From Eledone cirrhosa (Eukaryota), in assembly GCA_964016885.1 (NCBI GenBank), contig OZ024760.1, positions 15,686,001-15,750,000 of the forward strand: DNA of 64,000 nt, in the 5' to 3' direction. Positions 54,201 through 64,000 of the stretch are shown here, piece after piece. Positions within the stretch are counted from its first letter, which is position 1. Every line of letters begins with the position of its first letter. The notes under the pieces are model-generated. The model was not told where the DNA came from and searched no databases. It saw only the letters and a list, made by a program, of their open reading frames with translations. Both the position numbers and the translations under genes were made by a program.

Positions 54201-57200
54201 GTATTTCTAATGAAATACACTTTATTTTAATTAATTAATGAAGTATTTTGAGGGGTTTACTAAAATTATCAATTATTTCATTAGCAAGAAGAAGCATAGC
54301 TTAGTGGTTAGAGCATTGGGCTTGCAATTGAAAGGTTGTGAGTTTGATTCTCGAACCAGGTGATGTGTTGTTTCCTTGAGCAAGACACTTTATTTCACGT
54401 TGCTCCAGTTTACTCATCTGTAGAAATGAGTTGCGATCCTGCCACATCAATGGGTGGCAGTAGTTCCAGCTGCACGCATTGAAAGACTGGTGTAGTGGTT
54501 CTGAGAACAATGTGGCTTTGCAGTTGATCAATGCAAATTGACAATGGAAAGGTACTCCCACTCGAGTTAGAAGAGAACTATTGACCTTCAGGAGAAGCAG
54601 TGACCCCTGATTGTATTCAGCAACAGAAACAAATATGAAGTACAGCAAATCCAATGCTCCTAGGGGTGGCCCTGGTTCTTCTTATTTGTGAGTGTAAACT
54701 CGGCTGGATTAGATTTAGATCATTAGTAAAATAGTAACAACTTAATGTAAAGTTCTTATATAAAATTATGTTGGAATATTTTAATTTAAATTGAAAACCT
54801 TTAAAATGGGTGGTTTTATTTCATAGAACCAGAGCTGATTTTGGCTACGTTGGTAACTAAAGAATTAATGGTATTGTCAGCCTTGATTGTAGACATCAAT
54901 AACTTCACCATTATTCTAACACTAATAATATTCTTTGTATTTCTCTGCAGGTGATGGAGGCTACAAAGAAGCTATACCATATTATGAGAAGGCTTTGAGT
55001 GTATTGCAATCCAATAAGCTCCAGTACCGAGAGATGCTGTTATACAATAGCATGGCCTACAACTACCATATGCAGCATAAATTTGTAGAAGCCTTGAAGT
55101 AAGTTAACTCTTTTGTTACCATGTTTCTTATGAAATATACTGCCTGTGTGTTTCAATTAATTTTGAAAGTAATTTTAAAAAATCAGTGGAATATTTAGCC
55201 TTTTCATTATTAAGCTGATGTAGGGTAGTGGATTGGCAGTATTGGTAGAGAGTTGGACAGTATGCTTTGTAGAATAGAGTTACATGCCTCAACTGACACT
55301 TCGGTAAGGTGAGTAACCAACGAGAAGAAGAAAAAAAATACATTATGAGACTTTATGATCTGAGTTCAAATCCCGCCGAGGTTAACTTTGCCTTTCATCC
55401 TTACGAGGTCGATAAAATTAAGTACCGGTAATGCACTGGGGTAATCGCTGGCCTTGTTCTAAAAGTAGAAACTCAGAGCAATGGATTGGCAGTATCAGTA
55501 GGGAGTTGGACACCATGCTTTTCAGCATAGAGTTATGGCCCTTTACGGTCTGAGTTCAAATCCCACCGAGGTTAACTTTGCCTTTCATCCTTACGAGGTC
55601 GATAAAATAAAGTACCAGTCACGCACTGGGGTCGATTTAATAGACTTTCCCCTCCCTCAAATTACTGGCCTTGTGCCTATATAAGAAACCATTGTTAAGC
55701 TGATGTTTAGAACATTACTTAACAAAATCATTTCTTCTATATATAAATTTGAGTCACTTCTGTCCGTCTGTCACACACTGTGTGTGTATTTGTGTATGTG
55801 TGACTGTATAGGTGTGTATTTGTGTGAATGTATATGTGTGTGTTTGTGTGAATGTATGTGTGTGTTTGTGTGAATGTATGTGTGTGTGAGTGTTTGTGTG
55901 AGTGTATTTGTGTGAATGTATGTCTATGAGTGTGTATTTTTGTGTCTGTGTTTGCGTGTTTATTTATATACTCATACATATAAATGTATGCACATACACA
56001 CATACACACATGTACACATATGCATCAGTGCTGAAAAAAATCCTAGTACATAAAATTATGATGGAAGATTTTAACATAAGTATGAATACTTTAAAACAGA
56101 ACCAGGGGAGGTTTCAGCATCAAAACAATTAACTACTCTTTGGTTACCATATTACTCAGAGGTGTAACAAGGAAAAAGAGCGCCTATGGCAGACATTGAA
56201 ATTGCGCCCTTGTCCATGCAGCAAGCTATATAGTAGTTGTTAGACAGTGGGATTGACAGCGCAGTTTAAATAAATGAGGGTAAACTGCATTTTCATTTGT
56301 TCTACAGGTATCCTTTATGCTTAAGTATACATAAAGTATTGGCAAAAGTATTAGTGTATTTAAAGGGAGTGATCTGTGTAATACTGATCTTTGACAAATA
56401 TTAAAACCCTATTAAAATGTTTTACAAGTCATACTATGAGGTATGCCTCTGTGATCATGTAGTTCCCAGTGCTGTATTTTTACCTATGGGCTTAGTAATT
56501 TATATAAATGGTTTAATGATCCAGCCACCATAGTGTTTCTCAGCCATGATAATCAAAGACAGATCATACATCGGAAGAAGTTTCTTTTGTGATGGTGATG
56601 GTGGCAATTGTTCAATTTGTTTTTCAGATTTGCAGAATTAGGCTACAACCTTCCTGTCAAAGATGTCAGTGCTCAGAAGGCTCAACATGTGAAGATTAAC
56701 TCTGCCTCTATCATGAGCTATAATCTCTCTATAATTGGTAATAATTCTATATAAATTTCTGTGACTCTGTCACAACACGTAAAGAGAGAGGAGTACTTTG
56801 ATTACTACCTCATACTACTCCTCTCTCTTCACATCTGCTGCCTGCATCAATATGTGTGTAAAAGGAAGCAAGAGGGTGGTGAAAAAAACTAGTGTGTATG
56901 TGTGTGTTTGTGTGAATGTGTGAATGTGTGTGCGTTTGTGTGAATGTGTGTGTTTGTGTGAATGTGTCTATCACAGTGACTTCTACTGTCAAATTTCCCT
57001 GAACATCTACTGCATATGTAGTTTTCCCTACCTGTTAGTTTGCTTGCTATCCCACTAGATCCCTTGTGTACCCAAGATCTGCATTGTGTATATTCTATAG
57101 AATTTATGCCAACTCCTTTTCTACATATCGAACATGGCCATTTCCCTGATGGAATTAGAGTTTTGTTCTCTTTTCTACTTATCAACACTTCAGTCTTATA

Positions 57201-57206
57201 TATATA

Positions 57207-57264
<58 letters not shown>

Positions 57265-57465
57265 AACCAGTAAGACCCCGACAGCTGAGCTCAAGCCGTT
57301 TCGACGGCTAATTCTGGACTAAAATTTTAGTCTAGAATTAGCCGTCGAAACGGCTTGAGCTCAGCTGTCGGGGTCTTACTGGTTCCTATTACCCACTCTA
57401 CTACCTCAAGTATTGAGTACTTTGGTGCGTTATGGTCCACCTGGTTCCTTACCACATTTCCTTCG

Positions 57466-57521
<56 letters not shown>

Positions 57522-60500
57522 GTATGTAAATATATAAAAATCTTAAGGTTGATAAATTGATACTGTATTTCTTTTTCTGCAGGTTATTACGATAGATGTG
57601 ACAAATTATTGACAGAAAACTTAGGAAAAATCAAAGGATATCACCCCAGTTTATCTGTTATGTTAAATACAATGGGGATGAATTATGAAAATAGTAAGTA
57701 TGGTGCTTGGTACTTTTTCTTATGCTTCTGTAAATACTTTTTCCATTTTCTGGTTAGATTCAAGGGCTAGATGAGAGGTTCTCAAAGTAGGCGCTACTTC
57801 CCTCTGGAGAAGAGGGGGGGGGCTTTGAGAAGGTCCAGGGGGCGCTGGGTCCTAAGGGGATGGTGAGGGGGCAGTAGAGATGATACAATAGTATATTAAC
57901 CCTTTAGCATTTACATTACTCTATATATACTATTGTATTTTCATGGTAAACACTTTATCTCACATAATTAATTATCTTGCATAATATTGAATCTATGAGA
58001 TTTGGATATTATTTATTTTGAGAACAATATCTTAACATCAGTATGAGCAGGCAGTTACAGCTGGTTGAACAGAAAGAGGTGAGAGAATTCTGGCTAGATA
58101 TGGCTGGTTTAAATGCTAAAGGCTTAAATATCAAATGATACATATATATAAATATAGTCAAATAAAAAATATATATTTATACATAGTATATATTATATTA
58201 TCTATATACTACTAAAACTCTGTGATTGCTTGCTTCTCTGTAATGTAATACAGCCAAAAGGGCATATAATGGGAAAATACTTTGAAAGGAAGTTGACCCT
58301 GAAATGGGAGTATAAATGGAATAAAACAAGTTTCGCAGAAATCAGAGCACGGGTTCACAAGATATAGGGTTTTTACGGGTACCTTCATAAACAGAGAAAG
58401 AGACAGTGGTTGTGAGAGTGTATTGTATTTTCATGCTAAAGACTTTATCTCACATAATATTGAATCTATGAGATTTTGATATTATTTACTTTGAGAACAA
58501 TACCTTAATGTTATTATGAGCAGCCGGTTATGGCTGGCTTGAACAGAAAGAGGTGAGAGAATTCTTGCCAGATACGGCCAGTTTAAATGCTAAAGGGTTA
58601 ATGGCTCAAAGACCCACATCTTTCTTCCAAATTTTGATTATAGTGAAATTCTGTTATAACGAAATTCACGGGTGCTAAAAATAAATTTGTTTTAATGAAA
58701 AATTCTTTACAATGAGATCGACCTAACACATCGAGTGTGTGGCCAATTATTGAAAATAATTTTGTTATATTGAAAAATTTGTTATAATGGTATTTGTTAT
58801 GACAGAATTTTACGTGTATTTTCAAAATATGAAAATCATAGGCAAAGTCTTTCATTTGAAATCTGGTAATGAAAGAGTTAACTTTTGTGGCTAGGAACCA
58901 ATTCTGAATGGCAGCCTTCAATAATTTTTATTCAACTTTTCTTTTTTCTTTTTACAGGTGGTTCACAAAAGGATAAAGCATTCCTCTTTTATAATGCTTC
59001 CCTTACTGAAAGATTGAAACTCATTTCTATAGATCCAAAGTTATCTGTGATAGCAAGTTGTAATGTAGCGAATATGTTATCTCGAGATCAAGGAAACCAC
59101 AGTAAGTGTACATTTTTCAAGTTTATGTACGTATTGTATATTTAACTTTCATCATTACTTTAAGCCTTTAGCATTTAAACTGGCCATATTCAGCCAGAAT
59201 TCTCTCACCTCTTTCTTTTCAAACCTGCTGTGACTGGCCACTCATACTGATGTTAAAGTATTGTTTTCAAAATAAATAATATCAGAATCTCATAGATTCA
59301 ATATTATGTAAGATAATTATGTTAGATAAAGCCTTTACAACAAAAATATAATACTAAATATAGAGTAGGATAGAAAGTGAGAGAAAATTAGAGAGAGATA
59401 CAGAGGAACAATTGACCCCAGGACTGAACTGGACTGGTACAGAGATACAGAGGAAGAATTGACCCCCAGGACTGGCACAGAGATACAGAGGAAGAATTGA
59501 CCCCCAGGACTGGCACAGAGATACAGAGGAAGAATTGACCCCCAGGACTGGCACAGAGATACAGAGGAAGAATTGACCCCCAGGACTGGCACAGAGATAC
59601 AGAGGAAGAATTGACCCCCAGGACTGGACTGGAGTGGTACTTTTTTCTCGACTTCAAAAGGATGAAAAGTTAAGTTACTTTCAGTGGAATTTGAACTTAG
59701 AGAAAAGAGAGTTGGATTGAATATCGTAAAACATTCTATCAGATGTTCTAACATTTCTGCCAATTCACCAGCTTGACAATAATACCAATAACAACAACAT
59801 TTTTTTTTGTTTTCTCACTGATTAGTTGTAAATTTTTCTGTGGTTTTTCCCCTTCTTTCCTCAGATAAAGCGCTGAAACTCCTGTTTCATTCAAGAGATA
59901 TATACAAGAAAAATGACTGGGAACATATAAACTGTGCCCTCGTGTTGCAAAATATTGGTATAGTATATTTGAGAATGTAAGTATTTCATTTGATCAGTCA
60001 CTATATACCAACACCACCTCCACCTCCACAACAAATAACATCACTACCAACACTACAACTGTCACCACCGCCTATACCACAACAATCACTTGTTCTAACA
60101 CAGCCAACACCACCACCACCACCACCACTAATATCACCATCACCCCATCCCATCATCATCATCATCACTAATACCACTGTCACCACCATCACCACCACTG
60201 CCAACACTAATACCACCACCATCACCCTATAATCATCATCACCACCACCACCACCACCTTCACCCCATCGTCATCATCACCAATTTATTCATGAAGACTA
60301 TTACAGACAACGGATGCCACCACCACCATCACCACCACTAACACCGCCATCACCCTACCACTAACACCACCATCACCCTCCCACTAACACCACCATCACC
60401 ACCACTAACACCGCCATCACCACCACTAACACCGCCATCACCCTACCACTAACACCACCATCACCCTACCACTAACACCACCATCACCCTCCCACTAACA

Positions 60501-63178
60501 CCACCATCACCATACCACCGCATCATCATCACCACCACCATCACCCATCATCATCATCATCATCACCAATTTATTCATGAAGACTATTACAGACAACGGA
60601 TGCCACCACCACCATCACCACCACTAACACCGCCATCACCCTACCACTAACACCACCATCACCCTCCCACTAACACCACCATCACCACCACTAACACCGC
60701 CATCACCCTACCACTAACACCACCATCACCCTCCCACTAACACCACCATCACCACCACTAACACCGCCATCACCCTACCACTAACACCGCCATCACCCTA
60801 CCACTAACACCACCATCACCCTACCACTAACACCACCATCACCCTCCCACTAACACCACCATCACCATACCACCGCATCATCATCACCACCACCATCACC
60901 CATCATCATCATCATCATCACCAATTTATTCATGAAGACTATTACAGACAACGGATGCCACCACCACCATCACCCTCCCACCGCCACCACCATCACCACC
61001 ACTAACACCGCCATCACCCTACCACTAACACCACCATCACCCTCCCACCGCCACCACCATCACCACCACTAACACCGCCATCACCCTACCACTAACACCA
61101 CCATCACCCTCCCACCGCCACCACCATCACCACCACTAACACCGCCATCACCCTACCACTAACACCACCATCACCCTCCCACTAACACCACCATCACCAT
61201 ACCACCGCATCATCATCACCACCACCACCATCACCCATCATCATCATCATCATCAATTTATTCATGAAGTCTATCCCAGACAATGGATGCTCACTACTCT
61301 CCCCTATAACTGTCGTTGCAGGCATAACATTGTAGAGAGCTTACAAGTATTGTACAAAGCTTTATATATCTACAACAAGATTGAACCAAATAACTTTGGA
61401 AAGATAAACATTCTAAATCTCATTGCACACTGCCACCTGATCGATGAGTCGTTTGATATTAGCAGAGAGTGTTTCCAGAACATTCTGAAAGTCAAAGTGA
61501 AAGATGCAGTCAACAGTGCAGTAGAAGTTCAAGGATATTCTGTTGCTCTTGAACACCTTTTTTATCTCAGTTTAGACAATCCCCAGGTAAGGACAACACA
61601 ACTGTGTGAATTAGTGTCAATATTATGTGTGTGTATGTGTATGTTTAACTCAATAGCATTTACATTACTGTGAAAGTGCATGGCTTAGTGGTTAGAGCAT
61701 TGGGCTTGCAATCGAAAGGTTGTGAGTTCAATTCTCAGACCAGGTGATGTGTTGCGTCCTTGAGCAAGACACTTTATTTCACATTGCTCCAGTTTACTCA
61801 GCTGTAGAAATGAGATGATAGGGACTGGGGTCCTTATCATTCCACTGCAAAGTGGTCGTGGAGGTGCCACGGCAAAAAAGCACCCAGTACTCACTGTAAA
61901 TGAGGTTGGTGTTAGGAAGGGCATCCAGCTGTAGAAATCAAGCCAGAACCAGTTCCCGTATGAGCAAGATAAGGTCAGCCGACCGGACCAGACACTGCCC
62001 ACAACAGAACAACCCGTCTAACCCATGCTAGCGTGGAAGAACGGATGTAAAACAGTGATGATGATGATGATGATATATACATACATAGATATACATATGC
62101 ATGTGTTTTTATTGGCAGCATGACCCTCCCAAAGTATAACTATATATACATTTACACATACATATATATTTATATATATATATATATATACATATACACA
62201 TACATATATATTTATATATATATATATATACATATACACATATATATATATATACATATACACATGTATATATATATATACATATACACATGTATATATA
62301 TATAAATATATATATATATACACACATACATATATATTTATATATATATTTATATATATATATACATATACACATACATATATATTTATATATATACATA
62401 CACACACATATATATATATATAATATAGCATGAGTACCGGTTGCATCTCAATGTGCTCAATAGGTATCATCATCATCATCATCACCATTTTACGTCTGTT
62501 CTTCCATGCTAGCATGGGTTAGACGGGTTGTCCTGTTGTGAGCAGTGTCTGGTCGGCTGACCATGCCTTGCTCATACAGGAACTGATTCTGGCTTGATTT
62601 CTACAGCTGGATGCCCTTCCTAACACCAACCACATTTACAGTGAGTGCTGGGTGCTTTTTTGCCATGGCACCTCCATGACCACTTTGCAGTGGGAGGGTG
62701 TAGGGGCATATTGTCTATATGCTTCAGCTTCGGCTTGTACCCAGGTATATATATATGTATATATATATAGTCTCTCTGTTTTTGTTTTGTTATGCACACA
62801 CACACACACTTGTGTATGTGTGTGTGTGTGAGAGTGTTTGTTTAGAAAATTGAATATTTAACTGAATTTTAATTTTTCCAGAAACAGATGAAGATTCTGG
62901 AAAAACTTCTCAATGAACTTCGTCAACTCAGTCATCTTAGTGTTAATGGACAACAAGAGATACAACATAGAAAGGCTATTGTTAAATACCACTCATTCAA
63001 ATTAACCCTCATCAGTAAAATAAACCAGCGTGAAAAACGACCTGGTGTACTCATGAATTCACTCCCGGTAATGTGTGATTTCTGCCAAAATTTCAAGGAT
63101 CATGTTAATCATTCAAAAGAGAACTATATCTATAATTTGTGTGGCCTTAAATTAAATATAAATGGTTCCTTGTTTTGA
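48283..63178 (+). CDS. STAND/NB-ARC-like NTPase-TPR protein, paralogue B (~849 aa, 10 coding exons)
   Basis: Exons 48283-48462,51385-52410,52939-53095,54951-55098,56628-56737,57583-57693,58958-59101,59865-59976,61322-61586,62882-63178 (2550 nt). Same phases and nearly the same exon lengths as paralogue A, with the same NTPase motifs and diverged TPR exons. Confidence 0.88.
48764..48817 (+). pseudogene. Dead duplicate of the first 54 nt of NTPase exon 2, acceptor deleted
   Basis: gtctgtcaagagttaaaagatgaaattatacctgaaaggcttcaaacaaaacac matches the exon 2 start. The upstream intron matches paralogue A intron 1 but lacks aataccacag. Truncated at a TTAA MITE. Confidence 0.85.
49533..50270 (+). repeat. 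56-bp minisatellite
   Basis: cagatgtaaatatggatagttagacagacagatggttatatagttagacagataga repeated ~13 times. Confidence 0.92.
50425..51200 (+). mobile_element. CR1-clade LINE 3' fragment interrupted by a SINE (~50930-51120); related pieces at ~24265-24720 and ~35540-36010
   Basis: [25 protein letters not shown]...YSERL...[15 protein letters not shown], a CR1-type ORF2 C-terminus with a stop. Confidence 0.85.
53134..53974 (-). mobile_element. Internally deleted Tc1/mariner transposon, DD41D (rosa/Visitor-type)
   Basis: TA-flanked TIRs cagggtgttcgtaaagtctctttacaattt / aaattgtaaagagactttatggacacccca. Relic transposase: MATPQEKAQ..., FQQDAAPSH...[24 protein letters not shown], with 41 residues between the 2nd and 3rd Asp. 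Confidence 0.85.
56985..57195 (-). mobile_element. LINE ORF fragment with a PHD-like Cys/His finger (probably RTE)
   Basis: [34 protein letters not shown]...YICSRC; intronic, isolated and degenerate. Confidence 0.6.
57260..57389. repeat. ~130-bp palindrome (one mismatch) in (TA)n, paralogue B intron 5
   Basis: Centre aaaa|tttt at 57324/57325. The arm sequence is related to fragments at ~1335, ~20590, ~42500 and ~47030. Confidence 0.9.
57900..58123. mobile_element. piggyBac-type MITE (TTAA TSD); representative of more than a dozen copies or fragments
   Basis: TTAA-CCCTTTAGCATTTA...TAAATGCTAAAGG(C)-TTAA. Other copies at ~403-597, 5412-5618, 14710-14942, 25804-26017, 28540-28764, 36121-36529, 36860-37332, 48493-48714, 48819-49055, 58420-58600 and 59160-59370. 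Empty site in paralogue A at 34547-34550. Confidence 0.85.
59390..59630 (+). repeat. 38-bp minisatellite
   Basis: Repeated ggcacagagatacagaggaagaattgacccccaggact. Confidence 0.9.
60000..61260. repeat. (ACC/ATC)n expansion with higher-order duplications in paralogue B intron 8
   Basis: Trinucleotide mosaic punctuated by repeated aatttattcatgaagactattacagacaacggatgcc. Confidence 0.9.
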
Positions 63179-64000
63179 AGTATGACAATCTTTAATGATC
63201 TCATATAGCAGCTAAAATGGGGTTCCTCTGAAGGGTCTTTGAAATAACACTACTCAATAGAGTGCATAACTTGGAAATCAGAACATCGCTCCAGGTAGGG
63301 CTCCTAACACTAGGGCACTAACTCGGGGATCTAGCCAGATCAATTAGTGATGGTTGCCATGAACAGGACTCTCTGGAAAGCATGTTTGAGGACACTGCCC
63401 CCATGACCCTCCCTGGAATATATGGCCGACAAAGAAGAAACTTATACCATTATTGGTATAATGGTATAAAAAATTGTTTTTCGTGTGAGATTTTAGTTTT
63501 ATTAATTATCTATTATATTTAGCAAGGTGTTTTTATTGGTCAGATGATATAAATCGCTATTTTATAGTAATACTACTCTTATTTGATTGACTGAGCAGAT
63601 GTTTGTAACCTTGTATACAATATATTTCGGATATACTCACATCTATATTCAAAACCTAAGAGATATGACTATACAGGGATGATGAACTGGTCATTTGAGA
63701 CAATGTTAATTGTTTCTATTTTTGGCACAAAGTCAGCAATTACTCCAGTGTATTACTGGTACTCTATTTTATCGACCCCATAAGAATGAAAGGCATAATA
63801 AACACAACTTAGATAATAGAAAAAAAATTAAAGTTTCTTCTTTGTCGCCCATATATTCCAAGGAGAGTCGTGGAGGCAGTGTCCTCAAACAAGCTTTCCA
63901 GTGGGTTCAGTTCGTAGCAACCATCGCCAATTTATCTGGCTAGATCCCCAAGAAAAACCAGCCAAGCTCATGTATCTTGCTCCAAGTCAAACCCTGGGTC

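Noticed and set aside
56889-57188. Independent PHD-finger host gene
   Set aside because: Short, degenerate, intronic, without splice context, and resembles a LINE-borne finger.
57325-57389. Hammerhead in the 57.3-kb palindrome and related fragments (~20590, ~47040)
   Set aside because: Only the GAAAC half is present; no CTGANGA core or closing stem I.
25594-63178. The two NTPase-TPR genes as uncollapsed haplotypes of one gene
   Set aside because: TPR exons are ~40-70% identical at protein level and the introns are largely unalignable, far beyond allelic divergence. Only the exon 1-2 identity needs read-level checking.

Overview
AT-rich, intron- and microsatellite-rich animal genomic DNA. 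The SINE, RTE and CR1 repeat content suggests an octopus (inference). Bases 682-16458 (+) hold the last 18 coding exons of INTS9 (Integrator subunit 9); its 5' end lies upstream of the window. Bases 25594-39989 and 48283-63178 (+) are two tandem, intact 10-exon paralogues (~857 and ~849 aa) encoding a STAND/NB-ARC-type P-loop NTPase followed by TPR-like helical repeats and a C-terminal Cx2Cx5Hx12C motif. Neither has an N-terminal effector domain. Their NTPase exons and the adjacent intron DNA are ~98-99% identical, while their TPR exons are only ~40-70% identical at protein level. This looks like an NLR-like constant-switch/variable-sensor pair. The non-coding DNA contains many minimal type-I hammerhead ribozyme motifs in Penelope-like fragments, often inside perfect palindromes or inverted repeats. 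It also has a minisatellite built from an INTS9 splice donor, a SINE-derived array with an internal inversion, piggyBac-type MITEs, Helitrons, a DD41D mariner relic, and LINE/SINE fragments. All exon boundaries, identities and folds were read by hand and need computational confirmation.
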